This document shows, piece by piece, positions 18,323 to 28,571 of a stretch of DNA of 64,000 nt; positions within the stretch are counted from its first letter, which is position 1, and every line of letters starts with the position of its first letter. The translations under genes and the position numbers were made by a program. The notes under the pieces are model-generated. The model did no database searches, was not told where the DNA came from, and worked only from the letters and a program-made list of their open reading frames with translations. This DNA comes from Alphaproteobacteria bacterium (GTDB lineage: Bacteria; Pseudomonadota; Alphaproteobacteria; Bin95), in assembly GCA_964291285.2 (NCBI GenBank), contig OZ219786.1:1-64000 (forward strand). The letters are read 5' to 3'.

Positions 18323-18340
18323 CGGCTCCGAAACGCGCAG

Positions 18341-19285
18341 CTACTTCGGTCCCTGCAACTGGAAAGCCGCTGCGGCGAGTCCCGCCATGGCCGGCACCGG
18401 GTGGGTGACGACGGCGCTCGGGATGGGCTGGAGAAACGCCCGGAAGCGCCCCTTGTCGGCGAAGCGGTCGAGATAGGCTGCGCGGTCGAAGCACGGACCG
18501 AGGCGGGGCAGGATGCCGCCGGAGAGATAGACGCCTCCTTTCGCGGCGAAGACGAGCGCCAGGTCGGAGGCCGCCGTCGCCAGAAAGCGCGTGAAATGTC
18601 CGACGACCGCAACCGCCAGCGGCTCTCCGGCAGCGGCGCGCGCCGTGACCTCCGATGGTTCGGGTGCCGGTTCCCGGTTTCCGGAAAGGGTGCGGTAGAG
18701 CAGCGCCAGCCCGGAGCCGGACACGACCCGCTCCACCGAGACATGACCGAATTCTTCACGAATTTCGGCCAGCAGCCCGGCTTCGGTTTCGTTCGCGGCC
18801 GCCAGCGTCATATGCCCGCCCTCGCCGCAGACCGCACGCCAGCCGCCGTCTGGTTCCGGAAGCAGGGCGGCGGCGCCGAAGCCCGTGCCGGGGCCGAGCA
18901 CTACCTTCGGAGCGCGCGCATCGGGCCGAAAGGCGTCCCCGACCGGCGAGAGGTCCTGTGCCGCGAGGGCGGGCAGGGACAGGGCCTTGGCTTCGAAATC
19001 GTTGAGAAGGCAGGCCCGCTCGACGCCAAGGGTTTCGGCTATGGCAACGGCGTCTATGATCCAGTCGCGGTTGGTCATGATCGCGCGGCCCTCGGATACC
19101 GGGCCCGCCACCGCCACCGCTGCAAACCCGACCCCGGTCTCGCCGAGATAGTGCCGCGCCGCGTCCTCAAAGGACGGGAAATCGTCGGCTGCAAGCACGG
19201 CCAGGGCCTCGGGCGGACCGCCGTCCCGGCTCAGGGCGAACCGGATATTCGTGCCGCCGAGGTCGGTGAGCAGCGCCAGGGTCAC
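18341..19285 (-). CDS. glk: Glucokinase
   Basis: DLGGTNIRFA; LLNDFEA; GPGTGFG; GEGGH; ERVVSGSGL. Confidence 0.93.
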   Translation of the reverse strand: MTLALLTDLGGTNIRFALSRDGGPPEALAVLAADDFPSFEDAARHYLGETGVGFAAVAVAGPVSEGRAIMTNRDWIIDAVAIAETLGVERACLLNDFEAKALSLPALAAQDLSPVGDAFRPDARAPKVVLGPGTGFGAAALLPEPDGGWRAVCGEGGHMTLAAANETEAGLLAEIREEFGHVSVERVVSGSGLALLYRTLSGNREPAPEPSEVTARAAAGEPLAVAVVGHFTRFLATAASDLALVFAAKGGVYLSGGILPRLGPCFDRAAYLDRFADKGRFRAFLQPIPSAVVTHPVPAMAGLAAAAFQLQGPK

Positions 19286-20661
19286 GCGAAAGGCGCCTCC
19301 GTCAGCCGCGAGACGAAAATCTCGCGCCAGCGGCTGACATCGTTGCGGCGCAGCGCCTCCATGCCCGCCTGCCAGCGTTCGACCCGCTCCTCCCGCGGCA
19401 TGTCCAGCGCCAGTTGGATGGCTTCCGCCACGCCTTCGGCGTCATAGGGATTGACGATCACGGCGCCCGGTATGGAGTGGGCGGCCCCGGCAAAGCGCGA
19501 CAACACGAGCACGCCGGGGTCCGACGGCGACTGGGACGCGAGATATTCCATCGCAACCAGGTTCATACCGTCGCGCAGCGGGGTAATGAGCCCGACCTGC
19601 GCGGTGCGCAGCAGGCCGAACAGCGTGCGCCGGGCGAAGCTCTTGTTGAGATACCGGATCGGCACCCAGTCGAAGTCCGCAAACTCCCCGTTGATACGTC
19701 CTGCCAGCGTTTCCAGCGTCCGCCTGATTTCCTCATATTCGGGAACGCCCGCGCGGGTGGGCGTCGCAATCTGCATCAGGCTCACCCGGTTGCGGTTGGC
19801 CGGATAGGCGCCCAACAGGTGGCCGAACGCCGCGAAGCGTTCCGGCAGGCCCTTGGAATAGTCCAGCCGGTCCACGCCCACGATCAGCCGGCGCCCGCCG
19901 AGGCTGGTGCGCATGCGCGCGCCGTAGCGGGCCGCTGCCGCGCCGGCGGCGGCGCGCTCGATATTGTCGGTATCGACGCCGATGGGATGGACCTCCGCCG
20001 AGGCGGTCCGGCCGAGGGCATGGAAGATGGTATCGCCCGCCATCTCGCCGGCGGCCTCCTGGATTGCGTAGTCGAGGAGGCCGCGGCGGTCGGCTTCGGT
20101 CTGGAAGCCGATCAGGTCGTAGGCGAAGAACGAGCGCATCAGCTCCTGGTGTTCCGGCAGCGCCAGCAGCAGCTCCAGCGGCGGCAGGGGCGTGTGCAGG
20201 AAAAAGCCGATGCGGTTGGCGATCCCGGCGCGGCGGAGCTCCTCCGCCATGGGGATCAGGTGGTAGTCGTGAACCCAGATGAGATCGTCGGGTTCGATGA
20301 GATCGACCAGCTTGCGGGCGAAATAGGCATTGACGCGTCGATAGCCGGCATAGTTGCGGCGGCTGAAATTCGCGAGGTCCAGCCGGTAGTGGAAGAGCGG
20401 CCAGAGCGTGCTGTTGGCAAAGCCGTTGTAGTATTCTTCGTGGTCCCGGGTCGACAGATCGAAGGTGGCGTAGGTCAGCCTGCCCGAGCGTACCTTGTGT
20501 ACGACCTCGCCTGGCACTTCGGAGACGTCGCCGCTCCATCCGAACCATATGCCCCCGGAACGCTTCAGGGCCGCCAGAACGGCGACTGCGAGCCCCCCGG
20601 AGGTCGGCTTGGTCTCATCGACAGGAGCCACGCGGTTGGAGACGACGATGAGTCGGCTCAC
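19282..20661 (-). CDS. otsA: Trehalose-6-phosphate synthase
   Basis: RLIVVSNRV; GGLAVA; WVHDYHL; GVDRLDYSKG; DGMNLVA.E. Confidence 0.97.
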   Translation of the reverse strand: MSRLIVVSNRVAPVDETKPTSGGLAVAVLAALKRSGGIWFGWSGDVSEVPGEVVHKVRSGRLTYATFDLSTRDHEEYYNGFANSTLWPLFHYRLDLANFSRRNYAGYRRVNAYFARKLVDLIEPDDLIWVHDYHLIPMAEELRRAGIANRIGFFLHTPLPPLELLLALPEHQELMRSFFAYDLIGFQTEADRRGLLDYAIQEAAGEMAGDTIFHALGRTASAEVHPIGVDTDNIERAAAGAAAARYGARMRTSLGGRRLIVGVDRLDYSKGLPERFAAFGHLLGAYPANRNRVSLMQIATPTRAGVPEYEEIRRTLETLAGRINGEFADFDWVPIRYLNKSFARRTLFGLLRTAQVGLITPLRDGMNLVAMEYLASQSPSDPGVLVLSRFAGAAHSIPGAVIVNPYDAEGVAEAIQLALDMPREERVERWQAGMEALRRNDVSRWREIFVSRLTEAPFA

Positions 20662-20674
20662 GGGCCATGCCTCC

Positions 20675-22453
20675 TCAGAACGCTTCCTCCCACGATTTCG
20701 ACAGGCGCAACGCCGACACGATCAGGCCGACCATGCTGTAGGTCTGCGGAATGTTGCCCCATAGCTCGTTCGTCTCGGTGTTCAGGTCCTCGGAAAGGAG
20801 CCCTGCCTGGTTCCGGCAGGCCAGCATGTTCTCGAACAGCCGGCGCGCCTCATCCCGGCGGCCGATCGCCGCCAGGGCATCGATATACCAGAAAGTGCAG
20901 ACATTGAATGCGTTATGAGGCGTCCCGAAATCGTCGGCTTCAACATAACGGAACACATGGTCGCCCCGGAGGAGTTCCCGCTCGACGGCGGCGACGGTGC
21001 CGAGAAAGCGCGGGTCGTCGGCTTCGCAGAAGGAAAGCTCGTGCATCAGCAGGAGAGCCGCATCCACCTCCGTGCCGCCGAATGAGCTGACATAGGCCTG
21101 CTTCTCCTCGTTCCAGCCGTCCCTTTCGATCCGGGCCCGGATCGTCCGGGCGTGCCCGTTCCACACGGAAGCGCGGTCCGGATGGTCGAGCTGCATGGCG
21201 ATCCGGGCCAGGCGGTCGCAGGCGGCCCAGCACATCAGCGCCGAGAATGTGTGGGCGCGCTCGCGCCCGCGCAGCTCCCAGAGGCCGGCATCGGGCTGGT
21301 CGTACATGCGCGCCGCCACGTCGCCGATGCGCTCCAGGGTCTCGAACAGCCGGTCGTCGCCATGCAGGTCGATGCGCTGGTCGAAAAACGCCTGGGCGCA
21401 GGCGAGCACGACGGCACCGTAGACATCGTGCTGGGTTTGCACATAGGCGAGATTACCGACGCGCACGGGCTGGTGCCCCCGATAGCCGCCCAGGCTTTCG
21501 ACGGAGGACTCGGAGAGCGTCGTCTCCATCTGCACGCCGAACACCGGTTGCAGCCGGCCATCGGGGCTCGACGCCACGATATTGAGGATATAGCGGAGGA
21601 ATTCCTCCATGGTGCGTGTCGCGCCGAGGCGGTTGAGCGCCCGTATGGTGAAATAGGCATCGCGCAGCCAGCAGAAGCGGTAGTCCCAATTGCGCTCCGT
21701 GCCCGCCGCTTCCGGCACCGAGGTGGTGACGGCCGCGACGATGGCGCCGCTGTCCTCGACCGAGCAGAGCTTGAGCGTGATCGCCGCGCGTATGACGGCG
21801 TCCTGCCACTCGAAGGGCACGGCAAGGTAGCGCGCCCATTCGCGCCAGTAGTCGTCCGTCCGCTCCTCGAATTCGCGCGCGATCTCATGCACCGGCCGTG
21901 TCAGCGCCTCGTCCTGCGTCAGGATGAGATCGACGGGCTTGTCCAGGAGGAACGACGTCTCGTCGAGCACATAGGAAACCGGCACCTCCGTCGTCAGACG
22001 CAGCACATGGTCCGGCAATATGTAGCGGACATGATTGCTGCCGCGCGTTATCTCGGCCGGCTCGGCGCCATAATTGCCAGCGGGGCGCAGCCTTATGCGG
22101 ATACGCGGCGCGCCGCCCAGACGGCGGATGCGTCGCACCAGGCTCAACGGCCGGAACAGCCGCCCGAACTGCTTGAAGCGGGGCGCGAAGTCCAGAATCT
22201 CGACCGCCGCGCCGTTCTCCGCGAACAGGCAGGTCTCGACGATGGCCGAATTGGGCCGGTATGTCTGCTCGCTGCGCAGGAAGCCTTCGATCTCGACCTC
22301 GTAAAACCCGATTTCCTTCCCGGGCTCCAGCAGGTCGCAGAACACCGGGTTGCCGTCGAAGCGCGGCATGCACGCCCAGACGATGCGCGCGCGCGGGTCG
22401 AGCAGTGCGGCGTAGCTGCTGTTGCCGATCATGCTTAGTTCGAGCGAGCGCAT
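20675..22453 (-). CDS. Glycoside hydrolase family 15 (probable trehalase)
   Basis: RNWDYRFCWLRDA; GLWELRG; GLLSED; WGN.PQTYS. Confidence 0.93.
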   Translation of the reverse strand: MRSLELSMIGNSSYAALLDPRARIVWACMPRFDGNPVFCDLLEPGKEIGFYEVEIEGFLRSEQTYRPNSAIVETCLFAENGAAVEILDFAPRFKQFGRLFRPLSLVRRIRRLGGAPRIRIRLRPAGNYGAEPAEITRGSNHVRYILPDHVLRLTTEVPVSYVLDETSFLLDKPVDLILTQDEALTRPVHEIAREFEERTDDYWREWARYLAVPFEWQDAVIRAAITLKLCSVEDSGAIVAAVTTSVPEAAGTERNWDYRFCWLRDAYFTIRALNRLGATRTMEEFLRYILNIVASSPDGRLQPVFGVQMETTLSESSVESLGGYRGHQPVRVGNLAYVQTQHDVYGAVVLACAQAFFDQRIDLHGDDRLFETLERIGDVAARMYDQPDAGLWELRGRERAHTFSALMCWAACDRLARIAMQLDHPDRASVWNGHARTIRARIERDGWNEEKQAYVSSFGGTEVDAALLLMHELSFCEADDPRFLGTVAAVERELLRGDHVFRYVEADDFGTPHNAFNVCTFWYIDALAAIGRRDEARRLFENMLACRNQAGLLSEDLNTETNELWGNIPQTYSMVGLIVSALRLSKSWEEAF

Positions 22454-22454
22454 C

Positions 22455-23180
22455 TCATCCCTCCAAATCGGCCAGCCAGGCATGGACGGCCGCCACATCC
22501 GCAAGGCGCCATTCCGCGGCGCTGGCGCCTTGCAGGCCTACACGTACCGCGACGCCGCCCCGCTGACGCACGGTGCGGAACGCAGCTTCGTCCGTTATGT
22601 CGTCGCCTGTAAATACCGGGCGCCGGCCGGTGAAGGGCGGCTCGGACAGGAAAGCGGCGACCGCCGCGCCCTTGTCGGCCCCCTCGGAGCGAAGCTCGAT
22701 GACCGCCTTGCCGTGCTGGACCGCGATGCCGCTGCGCACGCCGCCAAGGGCCGCTTCGACGGCAGCGATGGCCGCGGCGCCCAGTTCGGGCCGGGTGCGG
22801 TAATGAAGGGCCAGCGCCGCGCCTTTGTTTTCGAGCAGGAGGCCCGGATGGTCCGCCGCGAAGCGCCCGAGCGCCGCCCGCAGTTCGTCGAAGCGGGGCA
22901 GGGCGGGCGGCGGGCTGTATGCGCCGCCGGCGGAACGCCGTTCGAGACCGTGCAACCCGGCAGCTGGCAGCTCGAGAGGCGCCAGTATGCCGTCTATTAC
23001 GCGGATGGAACGCCCGCTGACGATGGCCAGCGCCGACCCGACATGCCGGGATGCGCCTTCGAGAAGCTCTACCAAATGGCTTGCGGGCCGCACGGCGTCC
23101 GGCGTTGGCGCGATCTCGACCAGCGTGCCGTCGAGATCCAGAAAGAGGGCGTCGCGCGCAGAGATACGGGGCGGGTTCAT
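22455..23180 (-). CDS. otsB: Trehalose-6-phosphate phosphatase
   Basis: LFLDLDGTL; IVSGR; LHYR; GDDITDE HAD motifs. Confidence 0.93.
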   Translation of the reverse strand: MNPPRISARDALFLDLDGTLVEIAPTPDAVRPASHLVELLEGASRHVGSALAIVSGRSIRVIDGILAPLELPAAGLHGLERRSAGGAYSPPPALPRFDELRAALGRFAADHPGLLLENKGAALALHYRTRPELGAAAIAAVEAALGGVRSGIAVQHGKAVIELRSEGADKGAAVAAFLSEPPFTGRRPVFTGDDITDEAAFRTVRQRGGVAVRVGLQGASAAEWRLADVAAVHAWLADLEG

Positions 23181-24088
23181 GCCGGTCGGCGTTGCAAGGC
23201 GCCCGCCAGGCATTGGAACAGGCCGGTCAGGTCGCGGGCCATCTGCGCGAACCCGGCCCTGGGCGCGAGCGTGGCTTCGTCCATGTAGAGCGACCGGTTG
23301 ATTTCCACCTGGAGAGCATGGCGGCCCTTGCCGGGCCGGCCGTAGCGCCTCGTCGTGTAACCGCCGGAATAGGGGTCGTTGCGCACCACGCTGTAACCCC
23401 GGTCCGAGAGATGGGCATGGGCGGCTGCGGTAACGGCTCGCGAACATGCCTTGCCGTAGCAGTCGCCCAGCACGATGTCGGCGCCTTTCGCGCCTTCGGG
23501 CCAGCGTCCGCCCCAGCTCGCAGACGGCATCGAGTGCAGGTCGATCAGGAGCGCCCGCCCGAACCGCTGGCGGGTCTCCTCGAGCAGCGCCGCCAACGCC
23601 GCGTGATAGGGTGTGTGGAAACGCTCCACCCGCTGCCGCGCCTCGCGGAAAGTAAGCTTGGTGCGGTAGATTTCGAGCCCGTTGCCGACAAGGCGCGGGA
23701 TGGTACCGAGCCCGGATGCGATGCGCGGCGTCCGGGTCTTCACATAGCGCGGCAGCGGGTCGGCGAACATCGCCGGGTCGAGTTCCCAAGGCTCGCGGTT
23801 TACATCCAGGAAAACGCGCGGGACATGCGCGCGGAGCAGCGGCGCGCCAACCTCGACCGCGCCGGCGCCAAGCCGGTCCACATGGCAGTCTTCCGACCGG
23901 CGCAACAGGTCGAGATCGAGGGGAGATGCCTCCAGCAGAGCGCGGGGATAGACCGAGCCGCTATGGGGGCTCGCCACGACAACCGGCAGCAACTGCTCGT
24001 CCGGGTGATGGACCTCATGCGCCGCGTAGTCGCAAGCCGAAGCCGATATGCGCCGGGGCGCGGCAGGCGAGAGCGTCTCGCCGTCCAT
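23177..24088 (-). CDS. N-formylglutamate amidohydrolase family protein
   Basis: SPHSG; DVNR; PYH; DLHSMPS; N.PYSGG; HALQVEINR. Confidence 0.92.
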   Translation of the reverse strand: MDGETLSPAAPRRISASACDYAAHEVHHPDEQLLPVVVASPHSGSVYPRALLEASPLDLDLLRRSEDCHVDRLGAGAVEVGAPLLRAHVPRVFLDVNREPWELDPAMFADPLPRYVKTRTPRIASGLGTIPRLVGNGLEIYRTKLTFREARQRVERFHTPYHAALAALLEETRQRFGRALLIDLHSMPSASWGGRWPEGAKGADIVLGDCYGKACSRAVTAAAHAHLSDRGYSVVRNDPYSGGYTTRRYGRPGKGRHALQVEINRSLYMDEATLAPRAGFAQMARDLTGLFQCLAGALQRRPA

Positions 24089-24103
24089 CGGCCGGCAGGG
24101 CGG

Positions 24104-24325
24104 CTAGACGCCGAAATTCTTGAAACGCTTGTTGAAGCGCGCGACCTGGCCGCCCGTATCGACAAGCCGCTGGTTGCCCCCGATCCAGGCGGGATGGGAG
24201 AGCGGGTCGATGTCGAGCCGCAAGGTGTCGCCCTCGCTGCCCCAGGTGGAGCGCGTCTTGAATTCGGTCCCGTCGGTCATCACGACGGTGATTTCGTGAT
24301 ACTCGGGATGGATGTCGGGCTTCAT
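24104..24325 (-). CDS. rpmE: 50S ribosomal protein L31
   Basis: [10 protein letters not shown]...LDIDP.SHPAW.GG...RFNKRF. Confidence 0.97.
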   Translation of the reverse strand: MKPDIHPEYHEITVVMTDGTEFKTRSTWGSEGDTLRLDIDPLSHPAWIGGNQRLVDTGGQVARFNKRFKNFGV

Positions 24326-24457
24326 CGGCGGGGCGCTCCAGGACAGGCAGGCGGGCCTGTATAGCGAAGCGCGCTGCGGCGCTCAAGCGCCGTCGCACTA
24401 GGCGCGGCGCGGCGCGGCGGCTATTACCCGTCTTTGCGCGGCGACCGAAAAGAGGCA

Positions 24458-26296
24458 ATGAGACGACCGAACCCGGCCATATCCGCCCGAGAGGCCTCCC
24501 GCAACCTGCGCCCCCTGCGCGCGCTGGCGGGCTATCTCGTGCCGCACTGGCGGCAGGCTGCCGGCGCCTCCGTCGCGCTCATAGTCGCGGCGGGCACGGT
24601 GCTCGGCATCGGCCTCGGGCTGCGCCATCTCGTCGATAACGGCATTGCCGGCAACGATCCCGCCGTGCTGGACGCCGCTCTCGTCATCCTGCTCGGCGTC
24701 ATCCTGGTGCTCGCGGCGGCGACCTTCTTCCGCTCCTATCTGGTCGCCTGGGTCGGGGAGCGGGTGGTGGCGGACCTCCGCCGCGACGTGTTCGCCCATA
24801 TCCTGAAGCTCAGCCCGAGTTTCTTCGAGGTCACCAAGACGGGCGAAATCCTGTCCCGGCTGACCACGGACACCACCTTGATCCAGACCGTCGTCGGCTC
24901 GACGGTTTCGATGGCGCTCAGGAACGTGCTGCTGTTCGTCGGCGCCGCGGCCATGCTGCTCGTCACGAGCCCGCGGCTCACCGGGCTGGTGGTGCTGGTC
25001 ATCCCGCTGGTGCTGCTGCCGATCATGGTGCTGGGCCGGCGGTTGCGCCGCCTCTCCCGCGCGTCGCAGGACCGGGTGGCGGACGTCGGCGCGCATGTCG
25101 AGGAATCGATCTCCGCCGTCCGCACCGTGCAGGCTTTCGGCCATGAAGGCATGGATATCGTCGATTTCTCCATGCGGGTGGAAGAGGCGTTCCGCACCGC
25201 GATTCATCGCACCCGCGTGCGCTCGGCGCTCGCCGTCATCGTGATCGTGCTGGCGCTGGGGGCGGTCTGCACGATCCTCTGGCTTGGCGGCCGGGACGTG
25301 ATGTCGGGCGCCATGTCGGCGGGCGACCTCTCGGCCTTCGTCTTCTATGCTGTGGTGGCGGCCGCGGCGCTCGGCGCGCTCAGCGAGGTCGTGGGCGACC
25401 TCCAGCGCGCGGCCGGGGCGACGGAGCGGCTGATGGACCTGCTGGCCGCGCAACCCGAGATCGCCGCGCCCGCCGATCCGGCGGCGCTGCCCGAGCCCGC
25501 GCGCGGCGCCGTGGCCTTCGAGGGGACGACCTTCGCCTATCCCTCCGCGCCCGACAGGCCGGTCCTCAGCCGGTTCGACCTGGACATTGCGCCGGGCGAA
25601 ACGGTGGCCGTGGTCGGGCCGTCTGGCGCCGGCAAGTCCACCCTCTTCAACCTGCTGCTGCGCTTCTACGACCCGGTGGGCGGGCGGATAACGCTGGACG
25701 GCGTGGATATCTGCCGCGCTGACCCGGCGGCGGTGCGGGGGCAGTTCGGCCTCGTGCCGCAGGAGCCGGTCGTGTTCTCGACCACGGCGCGGGAGAACAT
25801 CGCTTACGGACGGCCCGACGCCAGCCATGCGGAGATCGTCGAGGCGGCGAAAGCGGCGGCGGCGGACGGGTTCCTCCGCGCGCTCCCGGAGGGCTATGAC
25901 AGCTATCTCGGCGAACGCGGCGTGCGCCTCTCCGCCGGCCAGCGCCAGCGCCTCGCCATTGCCCGCGCCATCCTCCGGGACCCGGCCGTGCTGCTGCTGG
26001 ACGAGGCGACGAGCGCGCTCGACTCGGAGAACGAGCGGCTGATCCAGGACGCGCTAGGCCGGCTTTCGCGCGGCCGCACCACCATCGTGATCGCGCACCG
26101 CCTTGCGACGGTGATGAATGCGGACCGCATCGTGGTGCTGGACCGGGGACGGGCCGTCGCGACCGGAACGCACGACCAGTTGCTGGCGGCGGGCGGCCTC
26201 TACGCCCGCCTCGCCGAGCTCCAGTTCACCACCGGAGGCAATGGCGCAGCGCCGGCCCCGCCGCCCCGGCCGGAGTGGATAGCGGCTAGCGGTTGA
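24458..26296 (+). CDS. ABC exporter, fused permease/ATPase (MsbA-like)
   Basis: TM domain; GPSGAGKS; LSAGQRQR; LLLDEATSALD. Confidence 0.95.
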   Translation: MRRPNPAISAREASRNLRPLRALAGYLVPHWRQAAGASVALIVAAGTVLGIGLGLRHLVDNGIAGNDPAVLDAALVILLGVILVLAAATFFRSYLVAWVGERVVADLRRDVFAHILKLSPSFFEVTKTGEILSRLTTDTTLIQTVVGSTVSMALRNVLLFVGAAAMLLVTSPRLTGLVVLVIPLVLLPIMVLGRRLRRLSRASQDRVADVGAHVEESISAVRTVQAFGHEGMDIVDFSMRVEEAFRTAIHRTRVRSALAVIVIVLALGAVCTILWLGGRDVMSGAMSAGDLSAFVFYAVVAAAALGALSEVVGDLQRAAGATERLMDLLAAQPEIAAPADPAALPEPARGAVAFEGTTFAYPSAPDRPVLSRFDLDIAPGETVAVVGPSGAGKSTLFNLLLRFYDPVGGRITLDGVDICRADPAAVRGQFGLVPQEPVVFSTTARENIAYGRPDASHAEIVEAAKAAAADGFLRALPEGYDSYLGERGVRLSAGQRQRLAIARAILRDPAVLLLDEATSALDSENERLIQDALGRLSRGRTTIVIAHRLATVMNADRIVVLDRGRAVATGTHDQLLAAGGLYARLAELQFTTGGNGAAPAPPPRPEWIAASG

Positions 26297-26378
26297 TGGC
26301 TGGTGGATAGCGCCCCGGACGCGAACCGGAGCCTTGCGCCGCCGGCGGGCCGGCGCTGTATTTTTCTCCGGTCCGGCC

Positions 26379-26411
26379 TTGACGTACCCCGCATATGTTC
26401 TATATAAGTTC
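26379..26411 (+). promoter_or_regulatory. Sigma70 promoter overlapped by an alphaproteobacterial LexA (SOS) box
   Basis: TTGACG at 26379, TATAAG at 26403; GTTC-TATATAA-GTTC at 26397-26411 matches GTTC-N7-GTTC. Confidence 0.75.
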
Positions 26412-26614
26412 CAATTATCTGGAAAATAAACGAGTGAGGCCATGACCTGACCGCCGGTGGAAGCGCCCTGCGCTCCCCGTTTTCGAATCCCGTTCGCCGC
26501 CGGGACGGCGGCAATGGCGCCTCCGGGCGCCGACGGGGAGGCGCGCGCGCATTCTGGAAACGTCCCGGCCCGGTTGGGGCGGGCGGCGGTGGCGGCGCGG
26601 CCGGGAGGAGAGCC

Positions 26615-27097
26615 ATGACGAGTGATACGGGCAAGCGCCCGGCGGAGGAACCGGCGGGCGGGCTGCCGCGGCCGAGGCGGGGCCGCGCGGTGAACGTCGA
26701 GTTGCGGGGCCTGGCGGTGGCGGCGGTGATGGAAGGCGGCATGAGCGCCGCCGCCGCGGCCCGCCATTTCGGGCTGGGCAAGACCACGGTCGTGCGCTGG
26801 GTGGCGCAGTTTCGCGAGCGCGGCCACCTGCGGCCGGGCGGGCAGCGCCGCCGCGGCGTTTCGCCGATCGAGGCGGAGCGGGAGCGGATTTTCCGGATCC
26901 TGGAAGCGCGCCCGCTGCTCAGCATCAGGGAGCTGTGCGACGCGCTGGCCGCCGAGGGCTTCGCGTTCGGAAGGTCCAGCGTGCACCGCTTCCTCCAGCG
27001 CCACCGCCTGGAGCGCGACCGTCGCCTCGGCCGCCTGCGCCGCCGGAATCGATCCTGGCTCCGGGGCGGCGAACGGGGGGCGCGGAGCCCGGCGTAG
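26615..27097 (+). CDS. Stand-alone IS630-type transposase HTH domain protein (no DDE domain)
   Basis: GGAGG RBS; ELR...VAAV.EGGMS...AARHFGLG..TV.RW...P.LSIREL...L...G.SSVHRFL.R. Confidence 0.75.
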   Translation: MTSDTGKRPAEEPAGGLPRPRRGRAVNVELRGLAVAAVMEGGMSAAAAARHFGLGKTTVVRWVAQFRERGHLRPGGQRRRGVSPIEAERERIFRILEARPLLSIRELCDALAAEGFAFGRSSVHRFLQRHRLERDRRLGRLRRRNRSWLRGGERGARSPA

Positions 27098-27127
27098 CCG
27101 GACCGGGGCCGGGCGGCGAACTCCGGG

Positions 27128-28465
27128 TCAGTCCGTCCGGCGGATCGCGTCGGCGACGATCCCGAAGATCTCCCCGATCTGGCCGTCCTCGATGATGAAG
27201 GGCGGCGAGAAGGCGAGCGTGTCGCCGGCCTGGCGGCAATAGACGCCGGACTGCCAGCAGTCGAGGAAGACGTCGTAGCCGCGCCGGCCGGGCTCGCCGC
27301 CGCGGGGCGCGAACTCGACCGCCCCCATCATGCCGATATTGCGCACGTCGATGACGTTCGGCAGCCCTTTCAGGCTGTGGACCGCGTCCTCGAAGACCGG
27401 CGAGAGGGCGGCCGAACGCTCGAACAACCCCTCGTCCCGGTAGAGGTCGAGGGTCGCGAGGCCGGCGGCGACCGCGAGCGGGTGGGCGGAATAGGTGTAG
27501 CCGTGGGTCAGCTCGACCATCCAGTCGGGGCCGGTCATGAAGGTGTCGTAGATCTCCTTCTGCATGACGACGGCCGACGCCGGCACCGTGCCGTTGGTGA
27601 GGCCCTTGGCGAGCGTCATCATGTCCGGCGTCACGCCGAAGCGCTCGGACGCGAACGCCGCGCCCACGCGCCCGAAGCCGGTAATCACCTCGTCGAAGAT
27701 CAGCAGGATGCCGTGCCGGTCGCAGATTTCGCGCAGCCGCTTCAGGTAGCCTTTCGGCGGCGGATAGACGCCGATGGAGCCGGCGACCGGCTCGACGATG
27801 ACGGCCGCGATGGTCGAGGCGTCGTGCAGATCGACGATGCGCTCGAGTTCGTCGGCCAGATGGATGCCGTGCTCCGGCTCGCCCCGGCTGAAGGCGTTGC
27901 CGGCGAGGTCCAGCGTGTGCGGCAGGTGGTCCACGCCGGGCAGCAGCATCCCGAACGCCTTGCGGTTGTTCTTGATGCCGCCGACGGAGGTGCCGCCGAA
28001 ACCGACGCCGTGATAGCCGCGCGCCCGCCCGACGAGGCGGGTCCGCTGCCCCTCGCCGCGCGCCCGGTGCCAGGCGATGGCGATCTTGAGCGCCGTGTCC
28101 ACCGCCTCCGAGCCGGAGTTGGCGAAGAACACCGAGTCCATGCCGGGCGGCGCGATCTGCATGATGCGGGACGCCAGCTCGAACGCCGCCGGATGCCCCA
28201 TCTGGAAGGTCGGGGCGAAGTCCATCGTCTCCACCTGGCGCTGCACGGCCTCGACGATGGGCTTGCGGCAATGGCCGGCATTGACGCACCAGAGCCCGGC
28301 GGAGGCGTCGAACACGCGCCGGCCGTCGCGGGCGATGTAGTGCACGCCCTCGGCGCCGACGATCAGGCGCGGGTCCGCCTTGAAGCTCCGGTTCGCCGTG
28401 AACGGCATGAAGAACGGTTCGAGATTGTTGGTGTCTGCGTGGGCGAGCGAAGCGGCGGTCGGCAT
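27128..28465 (-). CDS. Omega-amino acid/beta-alanine--pyruvate aminotransferase (class III)
   Basis: MPFTANR; GLWC.NAGH; NSGSEAVDTALK; LIFDEVITGFGR; AKGLTNG. Confidence 0.94.
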   Translation of the reverse strand: MPTAASLAHADTNNLEPFFMPFTANRSFKADPRLIVGAEGVHYIARDGRRVFDASAGLWCVNAGHCRKPIVEAVQRQVETMDFAPTFQMGHPAAFELASRIMQIAPPGMDSVFFANSGSEAVDTALKIAIAWHRARGEGQRTRLVGRARGYHGVGFGGTSVGGIKNNRKAFGMLLPGVDHLPHTLDLAGNAFSRGEPEHGIHLADELERIVDLHDASTIAAVIVEPVAGSIGVYPPPKGYLKRLREICDRHGILLIFDEVITGFGRVGAAFASERFGVTPDMMTLAKGLTNGTVPASAVVMQKEIYDTFMTGPDWMVELTHGYTYSAHPLAVAAGLATLDLYRDEGLFERSAALSPVFEDAVHSLKGLPNVIDVRNIGMMGAVEFAPRGGEPGRRGYDVFLDCWQSGVYCRQAGDTLAFSPPFIIEDGQIGEIFGIVADAIRRTD

Positions 28466-28571
28466 GGGCGGACGAAGCTCCCTGCATTGTTTCGCCGCTC
28501 ACCATAGCAGACAGCCGCCGCCCGCTGCACGCCGTCGCCTCGCTGAACGCTCTGCAGCGCTACATGGCGGT

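Noticed and set aside
24104-24325. L31 lacking zinc-binding cysteines
   Set aside because: Normal for alphaproteobacterial L31.
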